Below are positions 1 to 7,225 of a stretch of DNA of 24,000 nt, piece after piece; the first letter of the stretch is position 1, and every line of letters starts with the position of its first letter. This DNA comes from Cenarchaeum sp. (GTDB lineage: Archaea; Thermoproteota; Nitrososphaeria; Nitrososphaerales; Nitrosopumilaceae), in the NCBI GenBank assembly GCA_020027325.1, contig JAHRAL010000077.1, positions 15,102 through 39,101 on the forward strand. Direction: 5' to 3'. The notes under the pieces are model-generated. The model was not told the origin of the DNA. It saw only the letters and a program-made list of their open reading frames with translations, and did not search any database. A program made the position numbers and the translations under genes.

Positions 1-34
1 CTGGTATCTGACGAGCTCGAATCGCAGGCAATGA
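1..34 (+). CDS. 3' end of an upstream gene entering from the window edge (product unknown)
   Basis: Frame 2 is open from the window edge to TGA at 32-34. That stop overlaps the rpe ATG (31-33) in an ATGA junction, the same junction type seen at 822-825 and 1796-1799. Confidence 0.3.
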   Translation, partial: WYLTSSNRRQ

Positions 35-825
35 TTGCACCCTCGATAATTGCAGGCGACATGACAGACTTGGCCGGCGAGATAAGGCGGTGCGAGGAGG
101 GCGGGGCAGACTATGTGCACCTAGACGTCATGGACGGCAGGTTCGTGCCGGCAACGACGTTTGGGGCCGCAAAGATTGCCGAGCTCCGCCCGCTGACGCT
201 CCTTCCCTTTGATGCACACCTGATGATCAACGATCCGCTGGACCACCTTGCAGAGTACGTCGATGCGGGTGCGGACATAATCACCGTCCATGCCGAGGTC
301 TGCGACGAGTCCTCCTTTGGCGAGATCCACGACTCGCTTCATTCGTCCGGTGTAGGTGCGGGCCTTGCAATAAACCCCGCAACCGAGCTTCCCGAGTGGG
401 CAATGCGCTTTGCAGGCACGCTTGACCAGGTTATAGTAATGTCAGTAGAGCCCGGCAAGTCGGGCCAAAAGTACATCGAGTCCTCGCATGAAAAGACGCG
501 CAGCGTCTGCGAGAGGCTCACAAAAGGCGGGTTTGGAGGGGATGTCGAGGTCGACGGCGGCGTCACACCGGGCAATGTCGGCGCATGCTTTGAGGACGGC
601 GCAAGGATCTTTGTCGGGGGCGGCGCCATAATGGGCCAGCCAGACACACGCCGCGCAGTCGATGCGTTTGCCGCATCCATAACCCGTGCGCGCAGGACAA
701 GGCTCTTGGTGCGCGCAGGCAGGCTCGGGGGCGGGGAGCTGGCCTCAAAATGGATATCACTTCACAAAAACGAGCAGACAAGGGACGAGCTGACAAAGCT
801 CGCAGAGGGGGCGGGTGTCCTATGA
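31..825 (+). CDS. rpe: Ribulose-phosphate 3-epimerase
   Basis: The N-terminus 'APSIIAGDMTDLAGEI...GADYVHLDVMDGRFVP...FDAHLMI' and 'VMSVEPGKSGQ' match the Rpe TIM-barrel family as I recall it. There is a C-terminal tail of about 45 aa beyond the usual family length. Confidence 0.9.
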   Translation: MIAPSIIAGDMTDLAGEIRRCEEGGADYVHLDVMDGRFVPATTFGAAKIAELRPLTLLPFDAHLMINDPLDHLAEYVDAGADIITVHAEVCDESSFGEIHDSLHSSGVGAGLAINPATELPEWAMRFAGTLDQVIVMSVEPGKSGQKYIESSHEKTRSVCERLTKGGFGGDVEVDGGVTPGNVGACFEDGARIFVGGGAIMGQPDTRRAVDAFAASITRARRTRLLVRAGRLGGGELASKWISLHKNEQTRDELTKLAEGAGVL

Positions 826-1799
826 GCGGCGAGCAGGCAATGGGGGACATGCGCACAGCATATGGTAGCGCGCTCGTAGAGCTTGGACGCAAGTCCGACT
901 CTGTCGTGGTTCTGGGTGCGGACACGACTGACTCGCTAAAGACTGCGGCGTTTGGCAAAGAGTTTCCCGACAGGTTCATCAACGTGGGAATTGCCGAGGC
1001 CAACCTGGTCTCAGTCGGCGCGGGCCTTGCAGCATACGGCAAGACTGCGTTTGTGAGCACGTATGCGATATTCCTGCCGGGAAGGGCAGTCGATCAGATA
1101 CGCAACGCAGTTGCATATCCCACGCGAGGCCAAAAGCGCGGGCTGGACGTCAAGATCATAGTCTCGCACGGCGGGCTGACAGTCGGTGCCGACGGGGGAT
1201 CGCACCAGCAGCTAGAAGACATTGCGATAATACGCGCAATACCGCACATGCGCGTCCTGATACCGGCAGACTCGGTGGCAGTAACCGGCCTGACGCGTGC
1301 CATAGCAGCAGAGTACGGGCCGTTTTACATGAGGATGGCGCGCTCAAAGGTGCCCATCGTACACGCAAAGTCCCAAGAGTTCGAGGTCGGCGGTGCGATA
1401 ACGATGCGCGAGGGTTCGGACTGTACGATAGCGGCATGCGGGATAACCGTAAGCATGGCGCTCGAGGCCGCAAGGCTCCTGGCAGCCGACGGCATATCGG
1501 CACGCGTGCTGGACGTCTTTTCTGTAAAGCCGCTCGATACTGCAACAATCGAGTCCGCTGCGCGCGAGACGGGGTGCATCGTGACATGCGAGGAGCACAG
1601 CGTGCTAGGCGGCATGGGCTCTGCTGTCGCCGAGGCAGTCGGCGAGTCGCACCCCGTGCCCGTCCACAGGGTGGGCGTCAATGACGCCTTTGGCGAGTCG
1701 TGCAGGGACGCAGAGATCCCCTCGCTCCTAGAAAAGCACGGGATTACTCCGGTTAATATAGCAGACACTGTACGCAAAGCAAGGAAGAGTGCAAGATGA
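822..1799 (+). CDS. Transketolase, C-terminal (pyrimidine-binding) subunit of a split enzyme
   Basis: 'RTAYGSALVELG...VVLGADTTDSLKT..F...FPDRFINVGIAEANLVSVGAGLA' is the typical start of the transketolase C-terminal half. I moved the start to ATG 822, which overlaps the rpe stop (ATGA). The ORF-track start at 750 lies inside rpe. Confidence 0.9.
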   Translation: MSGEQAMGDMRTAYGSALVELGRKSDSVVVLGADTTDSLKTAAFGKEFPDRFINVGIAEANLVSVGAGLAAYGKTAFVSTYAIFLPGRAVDQIRNAVAYPTRGQKRGLDVKIIVSHGGLTVGADGGSHQQLEDIAIIRAIPHMRVLIPADSVAVTGLTRAIAAEYGPFYMRMARSKVPIVHAKSQEFEVGGAITMREGSDCTIAACGITVSMALEAARLLAADGISARVLDVFSVKPLDTATIESAARETGCIVTCEEHSVLGGMGSAVAEAVGESHPVPVHRVGVNDAFGESCRDAEIPSLLEKHGITPVNIADTVRKARKSAR

Positions 1800-2446
1800 A
1801 GATATTCTTGGACACGGCAAACCTAGAGGCCATACGCGAGTACAACGACATGGGACTCGTCGACGGAATAACGACAAACCCCACGCTGCTCTCCCGCGAG
1901 GGCGGCGACCCGCAAAAGGCAATGAAGGCCATAACCGATCTCATTGACGGCGATGTAAGCCTCGAGGTTATTGCAACTGACTATAACGGCATGGTAGAAG
2001 AGGGCCGCAAACTGCGCGGGTACGGCGAGAATGTCGTGGTAAAGTGCCCGATGACGGCAGACGGACTAAAGGCGTGCAAAAAGCTCAGCTCCGAAGACAT
2101 TCCAGTAAACGTCACGCTGGTATTCTCGCCAAGCCAGGCGATACTTGCTGCAAAGTCCGGTGCGCGGTACATCAGCCCGTTTATCGGCAGGCTCGATGAC
2201 ACAAGCCAGGACGGAATGACGCTCATCGAGGACATTATCGAGATCCTCTCAAACTATGAATACGAGGCAGAAGTCTTGGTTGCAAGCGTCCGCCATCCGA
2301 TGCACGTAGTCGATGCAGCAAAGCTCGGGGCCGACGTGGTGACCCTTCCCCCCGACGTGCTTGGAAAGATGCTAAAGCATCCGCTGACTGACAAGGGAAT
2401 CAAGGTCTTTTTAGAAGACTGGAAAAAGCTCAAAGAGTCACCATAG
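1796..2446 (+). CDS. tal: Transaldolase / fructose-6-phosphate aldolase family (short TalC/FSA type)
   Basis: 'MKIFLDTANLEAIRE...GLVDGITTNPTLL' and 'YISPFIGRLDD' are hallmark motifs of short transaldolases. There is an ATGA overlap with the preceding gene. Confidence 0.9.
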   Translation: MKIFLDTANLEAIREYNDMGLVDGITTNPTLLSREGGDPQKAMKAITDLIDGDVSLEVIATDYNGMVEEGRKLRGYGENVVVKCPMTADGLKACKKLSSEDIPVNVTLVFSPSQAILAAKSGARYISPFIGRLDDTSQDGMTLIEDIIEILSNYEYEAEVLVASVRHPMHVVDAAKLGADVVTLPPDVLGKMLKHPLTDKGIKVFLEDWKKLKESP

Positions 2447-2457
2447 GGGGATGAGAG

Positions 2458-2808
2458 CTAGACGCCGAGCGTCTCGGCCTTTGTCATTGTGAGAAAGACG
2501 CGGTCGCCCACGCCGAGTCCCATCTTTTTGTACTCGTGGATGTCAAGCTTTATCGATGTGAGTCCGCTGCCCACGTTGCCTGCAAGCATCTTGTTTAGAT
2601 CCTTCATCATGTCACCCATGTTTGTAAACCCCATGACCTTGGCGCCCATTGGGGGCGACGGCGAGGAGCGGGAGCTCTCCATCTCCTTTGCCGAGGAGAG
2701 CGAGACTATGACGTGCGGCGAGCCGTCACCGGACGAGTCGATGCTCTTTATGACAAACTCCTTTTTCAGCTGGTATGAGTGGCGTCCCTCATCGACATCT
2801 TTGTCCAT
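2458..2808 (-). CDS. Hypothetical protein (116 aa)
   Basis: An ATG-initiated ORF with host-like GC. A TATA-like box at 2829-2838 lies about 26 nt upstream. I recognise no motif. Confidence 0.6.
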   Translation of the reverse strand: MDKDVDEGRHSYQLKKEFVIKSIDSSGDGSPHVIVSLSSAKEMESSRSSPSPPMGAKVMGFTNMGDMMKDLNKMLAGNVGSGLTSIKLDIHEYKKMGLGVGDRVFLTMTKAETLGV

Positions 2809-2828
2809 GAGTGCTAGACATTATGGCA

Positions 2829-2838
2829 TTATTATAAA
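2829..2838 (-). promoter_or_regulatory. TATA-like box for the 2458-2808 gene
   Basis: Minus-strand TTTATAATAA, centred about 26 nt upstream of ATG 2808. Confidence 0.4.
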
Positions 2839-2970
2839 CTAGGCGTTGGCAGGTTCTGTAGAGTGCGCCAGATACGGCAGCATTTGCGATCAGGGACAAT
2901 CATACAGCCATGCCGATACCCAATAATGATCGGGTATGGTGACTAGACATGCAAACCTTGCTAATCTTGC

Positions 2971-2981
2971 ATATATATATA
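2971..2981. repeat. (AT)5 simple repeat, possibly a strong TATA element inside the island
   Basis: ATATATATATA is read directly. It sits in a stretch of about 230 nt without credible ORFs, upstream of the + strand island ORFs. Confidence 0.35.
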
Positions 2982-3087
2982 AGAAACATAACTTGGGCGG
3001 ATTGTTGAATAGCAGCATGACAAGATCAATGATTCGTTCCCCGGTACCAATGCACGGAGGCATGTTTTAGGTAGTGATGCCTTGGTT

Positions 3088-3330
3088 ATGGCTACAAGCA
3101 AGAAACGTCGGTACAAATTTGTTGTAGATTGCAAACCCGGCAATTGTGATACCGTGCAAGCGTATATGAAAGATAACGGGTTTCGCGTTGCTAAAAACGA
3201 TACGTCGCTTGGAGATCATTATGGTGTAATGTCGTTTGCATCAGAGCGCGCCGCAAATAATGCCGCAGATGAGTTATTTGCAAAGTTTTCAAAAAAAGTA
3301 CGCCAAATTGCAGTATTGACTGCAAGATAA
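3088..3330 (+). CDS. Hypothetical small protein (80 aa), island orphan
   Basis: ATG at 3088 (the ORF-track start at 3082 is TTG). The stop lies 3 nt before the next ORF's ATG, suggesting co-transcription. Low GC. No recognised motif. Confidence 0.45.
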   Translation: MATSKKRRYKFVVDCKPGNCDTVQAYMKDNGFRVAKNDTSLGDHYGVMSFASERAANNAADELFAKFSKKVRQIAVLTAR

Positions 3331-3333
3331 GAC

Positions 3334-3702
3334 ATGGCAGACTTGATTGGGACATTGGTGGATATTTCATTTACAGGCCCGTCTGTACGCAATGACATCA
3401 TAAAGATACTTGAAAAACATGCACCCGACAGGATACTTGTGCATACATTGCGTCATCAAAATAATTCTGAACGCATTATGTTTTATTATACTGGGAAGAT
3501 GAGCAGAGCAACGAAAAAGCTTGTTGCATTGTCGGATAATCCCAGACGAAGTTGCCAGCATACTCAAATACCCATATTTACCAAAAGAAGCAAGTTTAGG
3601 CTAGTGTATATAGCTGCCGAACATCCCGCTGTAGATTCACTTGCAAAATTTGTAATCCAACATGTGATTCCACATATCCCGTCATTCTTTGGCTCAGATT
3701 AA
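3334..3702 (+). CDS. Hypothetical protein (122 aa), island orphan
   Basis: An ATG ORF tightly following 3088-3330 and convergent with the R-M operon. No recognised motif. Confidence 0.45.
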   Translation: MADLIGTLVDISFTGPSVRNDIIKILEKHAPDRILVHTLRHQNNSERIMFYYTGKMSRATKKLVALSDNPRRSCQHTQIPIFTKRSKFRLVYIAAEHPAVDSLAKFVIQHVIPHIPSFFGSD

Positions 3703-3718
3703 CATCTCTACCGCACTT

Positions 3719-4648
3719 TTACATTATCGTGTATTTTACAATGGGCTCTTTCCTATTCAGGGATTTATCAAAGACGTCCCTGTCCGGAATCATCGGCGCC
3801 AGCAATATGTCCAATGCACGGACATGGTGATCACCAGATCCGTTAATCGGACAAGCTGCAAGCCGCACGTCCCCAGAAGCCGGATCCACGATGAGGATGT
3901 TCACCTCGTCGGGTTCGCTGCTCATACCGTTCAAGTCAAGCCCCGTACTTTTCTGCACATAATCGGCAAGGTTCTTTTCTATCACCCATACAGTTCGGCC
4001 GTTCCATTTCAAACCCGCCTGAGATTTTACAATCATTTGGCTTGCCATGCGGGCCCATACCTGTCTGATGTTGGTTCCAGGACTCGGGGTTTTCTCACCA
4101 GACCCCACATTCATTATTGCCTTGCGGAAGGCTACCTGAATGTCGGTACCCTTGCTTTTACTGCCCCCGCTTGTAGACGATGTCATCACTTCTACAATCA
4201 AAAACTTTGAAGTGTTTGCCCCTCTCATAACATAGTCAAATGTATAGTTGAACTGGGAGTCTTTGGATTTATTCGAGACTTTGACCTCATACAGAATCTC
4301 AATAGCATCACCTACGGCAAAATTGCCAATTTTGTACAATGCATCTACAATATTTTTCTGAGTCTTTGAAAATCCGTTGCTTGTAAAAGTCAACAATCTT
4401 CGAGGACAGACGATCCACGTGGATCTGTCGCCTATAGAACATATGCCGCACGCCACAACCCCTTGTCGGATTACCCCGTGGTCAAACGCAGATCTAACGG
4501 AATTGGTCTCTTCAGAAAGAGTCACGTCTGCCATATGCCTGTTGCCTCCCCCGTCACAGGTGTCCTCCATGAAGGGGCAGTACGCCTTTGCAAGGTTTGG
4601 ATTGCGGGTTTCGGCGGTGCTGATGCCAAATAGTTCCTTTACGTGCAT
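3719..4648 (-). CDS. Type II restriction endonuclease (suspected NotI-like family), Cys-rich N-terminus
   Basis: ATG at 4648 overlaps the methyltransferase stop (4639-4641) by 10 nt. The N-terminal Cys cluster is C24-x6-C31...C67-x2-C70...C81. 'FLIVEVMTSSTSGG' and 'NIRQVWARMASQM' resemble NotI-family blocks as I recall them; this is not verified. The track ORF extension to 4861 lies inside the MTase gene and is rejected. Confidence 0.7.
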   Translation of the reverse strand: MHVKELFGISTAETRNPNLAKAYCPFMEDTCDGGGNRHMADVTLSEETNSVRSAFDHGVIRQGVVACGICSIGDRSTWIVCPRRLLTFTSNGFSKTQKNIVDALYKIGNFAVGDAIEILYEVKVSNKSKDSQFNYTFDYVMRGANTSKFLIVEVMTSSTSGGSKSKGTDIQVAFRKAIMNVGSGEKTPSPGTNIRQVWARMASQMIVKSQAGLKWNGRTVWVIEKNLADYVQKSTGLDLNGMSSEPDEVNILIVDPASGDVRLAACPINGSGDHHVRALDILLAPMIPDRDVFDKSLNRKEPIVKYTIM

Positions 4649-5688
4649 ATCTTGTCCCGGATGACCGTCGCGATCTGCTTTGCCAGGGGCGGGGGGACCG
4701 AGTTTGCCACCTGCCTGTGCTGATCCAGGTTTGAGACGATTCCGGTTCTGCGGCGCACCGGACCTGCAAGGACATAGTTGTCCGGGTACCCGTGCAGGCG
4801 CATGCATTCCCGAGGCGTGATGTATCGATCTTCTGAAAAATGATAGAAAATCTCCCCGCACCTCAATGTCAGTGAATGGGAATCACGTGCGAGCCTCCGG
4901 TATTTTGTAGTGTCTTTTCGCGTCAACTTGCCACGTATTGATTCTGGCGCGTCTGATTTTGAAAGCCATGATCCCTCCCGAACATATGAAATCCTCTCCT
5001 TGTCCCGATTAGGCGTGCAGTCTATGTGGTTTTCAATCTCCTCGACGCCGTTCCGATCCGGGGAGGGGAGTCCCAGCAGTGCGTCTTGCACGGATTTTGC
5101 CTTGCGTTTTTTTGGGACAAGCTCGAGCCCTTTAGAATCCCCGCGTATGCCTGTGATGAATAGCCTTTTTCTGGCTTGTGGCACGCCCACATCCAGGGAG
5201 TTTATCACGCTGTATGATGTGGCATATCCCAGGCGCTTTAACGTTTTGAGAAAATCGTCAAACACCTCCCGGTGCTTTAGCAGGCCCTCGACTTGCTCGC
5301 AGAGTATGGCTTTTGGCCGCATGGCCCTGACGAATCGTATAAACTCGGACAGGCCATCCCCGTCACTATGCAGTATCCCCGTATGGAGCCCCATCTGTGA
5401 AAACGGCTGGCACGGCGGGCCCCCGTGAATAAGATCCAAATCCCCCTTCTTGATCCCCAACTCGCCCATCAAACGTCGGGGGTTGATGTTGTGCAGGTCT
5501 TCCTGGATTATTCGAGCCCTTTTGTTGTTTTGCTTCAACGTCTCCACACAGTTTGCATCTCGTTCTATACGGCAAATGTTCTCAAAGCCGGCCTGGGCAA
5601 CCCCCAGATCGAGTCCCCCCGCGCCTGAAAAGAGGCTGACTGCCGTGGGCTTTGCCTTTTTAGAACCGCTTTTCCTGCCGTATGCCAT
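4639..5688 (-). CDS. dcm: DNA (cytosine-5)-methyltransferase
   Basis: Motif I is 'LFSGAGGLDLG'. Motif IV is 'GGPPCQPFS'. Motif VI is 'EQVEGL', a variant of ENV. Motif VIII is 'QARKRLF'. Motif IX is 'ITPRECMRLHGYPDNY'. Motif X is 'ANSVPPPLA'. Confidence 0.93.
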   Translation of the reverse strand: MAYGRKSGSKKAKPTAVSLFSGAGGLDLGVAQAGFENICRIERDANCVETLKQNNKRARIIQEDLHNINPRRLMGELGIKKGDLDLIHGGPPCQPFSQMGLHTGILHSDGDGLSEFIRFVRAMRPKAILCEQVEGLLKHREVFDDFLKTLKRLGYATSYSVINSLDVGVPQARKRLFITGIRGDSKGLELVPKKRKAKSVQDALLGLPSPDRNGVEEIENHIDCTPNRDKERISYVREGSWLSKSDAPESIRGKLTRKDTTKYRRLARDSHSLTLRCGEIFYHFSEDRYITPRECMRLHGYPDNYVLAGPVRRRTGIVSNLDQHRQVANSVPPPLAKQIATVIRDKICT

Positions 5689-5822
5689 TACCCTGACCTA
5701 GAAACTAAAGTATGTGAACTTGTCGGATCAAATATTTTTGCAGATCGGCCGTGATCCAATCGAGAAAAGATCGCGATCCGTGCCTGTCCCCCGCCAACTT
5801 TGCAGAACATGCGATTGGTCAC

Positions 5823-5833
5823 TTTTTATATTA
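5823..5833 (+). promoter_or_regulatory. TATA-like box for rnhB
   Basis: TTTTTATATTA, centred about 26 nt upstream of ATG 5854. Confidence 0.45.
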
Positions 5834-5853
5834 TCAAAGTCGCCACACACCCA

Positions 5854-6546
5854 ATGCTTGTATGCGGCGTCGATGATGCCGGCCGAGGATCCGTTATCGG
5901 TCCGCTAGTTATCGCCGGAGTCGCAATAGAGCGCAGGAAACTTCGAAGGCTGTCCCGTGCCGGCGTGCAGGATTCAAAGATTCTCAGCCCCCAGAGGCGC
6001 GAGGAGCTTTATTCAGAGATCATCGAGATTGCCGACGGGTGGACTGCCACGAGCATACGCCCCAGCGTAATTGACTCAAACGTCTACCGCCACATGCTAA
6101 ACAATGTAGAGGCGCAGCGCATGGCAAAAGTGATATCAAGGCTGCTGCCAGACACCGCGTATGTCGATGCGTGCGATGTAAACTTTAGGCGGTTTGGAAT
6201 GCGCGTCTCGTCCATGCTGAGCAAGCCGTGCTCTGCAAAGATAAGGTCGTATCACAAGGCGGACTCGCGCTTTGTCATAGTGGCCGCTGCATCAATCATT
6301 GCAAAGGTCACGCGTGATCGCGCAATTGCAAGGATTCGCAGGCGCCACAATGTCGGAAGCGGGTACCCCTCTGATCCAAAGTGCGTTGCGTTCTTGGAGG
6401 AGCACGCCAGGAGGACCAAGTCGCCGCCGGCGTTTGCACGCAAGAGCTGGGAGACCATACACCGGATATACGGCCTGCCTAGCGCATCTGCGCGACGACG
6501 AGGGAGTGGTCGCGGTCGTATGGCTCCAGGCCAATTGACTCTCTGA
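5854..6546 (+). CDS. rnhB: Ribonuclease HII
   Basis: 'MLVCGVDDAGRGSVIGPLVIAGV' is the canonical RNase HII N-terminus with the DxAGRG motif, and 'VDACD' and 'KADSRFVIVAAASIIAKVTRD' also fit. The start at 5854 was chosen from motif position and the TATA box. Confidence 0.88.
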   Translation: MLVCGVDDAGRGSVIGPLVIAGVAIERRKLRRLSRAGVQDSKILSPQRREELYSEIIEIADGWTATSIRPSVIDSNVYRHMLNNVEAQRMAKVISRLLPDTAYVDACDVNFRRFGMRVSSMLSKPCSAKIRSYHKADSRFVIVAAASIIAKVTRDRAIARIRRRHNVGSGYPSDPKCVAFLEEHARRTKSPPAFARKSWETIHRIYGLPSASARRRGSGRGRMAPGQLTL

Positions 6547-7225
6547 CATCAAAGTCCTGTGCAAGCTTGGCTATTTCAGAGCCGATAATGGACGCCGAGG
6601 AGCCCGTCACGTCGATGCTGCGCGCCTTGATTATGAGTATCAGTGTCCCGCCGGGCTTTAGGTGCGCAGTACAGTTGGCAATTGCAATCTCTGTCTGATC
6701 AGCCTGCGCAATGTCGGAATAGACGACATCGACCTTGCCATACACGGAAAAGTACTCGCGTGGCGAGCGTGCGTCCTGCATGACCGGCGTGATATTTGGA
6801 CGGTGCGCTACAACGCGCTCTAGGAGCTCGCGTGCAACACGGCTTGTATGCTCGACGGCAAATACGCGACCGCCGGGACCCACTATATCGGAGATGTGGC
6901 TTACAGTGGTCCCCGTCGAGGCGCCAAGGTACAGGACCGTAGAGCCGGGGGCAACCACAAAGTCCTCGAGCCCCTTTGATATTGCAGCTGCAAGCTTGGA
7001 CCTGTACGGGTTCCATATGCGCCACTCCGTGCCGTCTTGGGCGACCAGCTTTTCACCGTATACCTGGCGCCCGGGTACGAGGTTTGCAGTCGCCGGCCGC
7101 CGCTGGCCCTCGTCCTCAACGAGTGCGTATCTTTGATCTCTTGTCAAACCTTCTCTGCGGCTTTTTGTGCCTGCCGCCCTCGCGCCGCGGCCGGCTGCGG
7201 GCATTGTCGCGCTCCTGCGGCGCAC
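6479..7225 (-). CDS. flpA: Fibrillarin (box C/D sRNP 2'-O-methyltransferase)
   Basis: 'WRIWNPYRSKLAAAI', 'VLYLGASTGTTVSHISDIV' and 'DVVYSDIAQADQ' are fibrillarin SAM-MTase motifs. The start is uncertain: GTG 7225, ATG 7204 or TTG 7147. All three overlap the nop5 3' end. Confidence 0.9.
   Translation of the reverse strand: MRRRSATMPAAGRGARAAGTKSRREGLTRDQRYALVEDEGQRRPATANLVPGRQVYGEKLVAQDGTEWRIWNPYRSKLAAAISKGLEDFVVAPGSTVLYLGASTGTTVSHISDIVGPGGRVFAVEHTSRVARELLERVVAHRPNITPVMQDARSPREYFSVYGKVDVVYSDIAQADQTEIAIANCTAHLKPGGTLILIIKARSIDVTGSSASIIGSEIAKLAQDFDVRESIGLEPYDRDHSLVVAQMR

Larger units (their letters stand above)
2845..5800. other. Putative horizontally acquired low-GC island (restriction-modification module plus two orphan ORFs)
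   Basis: Composition is visibly more AT-rich than both flanks (by eye). The content is an R-M pair and ORFs with no recognisable motifs. It lies between the promoters of two core genes. No integrase, tRNA or convincing flanking repeats were seen. Confidence 0.5.

Noticed and set aside
563-1060. Long antisense and alternative-frame ORFs throughout the high-GC genes. Examples are 563-1060, 1156-1587, 1325-1777, 7420-8046, 8456-8995, 12392-12895, 13710-14441, 16395-17138, 17460-17993, 19272-19907 and 22599-23324.
   Set aside because: These are typical high-GC shadow frames. They are Arg/Pro/Ala/Ser-rich, carry no motifs, and each overlaps a gene with clear family signatures.
2813-2951. Short direct repeat CTAGACAT (about 2813 and about 2944) and a 6-bp hairpin ATACCC-N10-GGGTAT (2916-2937), considered as possible island att sites or ends.
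   Set aside because: Both copies lie at the left side only, with no matching copy at the right boundary (5689-5800). An 8-nt match is expected by chance.
3017-3070. 17-codon mini-ORF (MTRSMIRSPVPMHGGMF*) downstream of the (AT)5 element.
   Set aside because: It is too short and featureless to call. It is mentioned only as a possible leader peptide of the island transcript.
3689-4210. 173-aa + strand ORF antisense to the endonuclease.
   Set aside because: It is fully antisense to a gene with better support and has an odd composition rich in His, Arg and Cys. It is a shadow ORF.
4649-4861. N-terminal 71-codon extension of the endonuclease ORF (track ORF 3719-4861).
   Set aside because: It lies entirely inside the 3' end of the methyltransferase gene in another frame and is Pro/Gly/Arg-rich low-complexity sequence. 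The recognisable protein begins at the internal ATG 4648.
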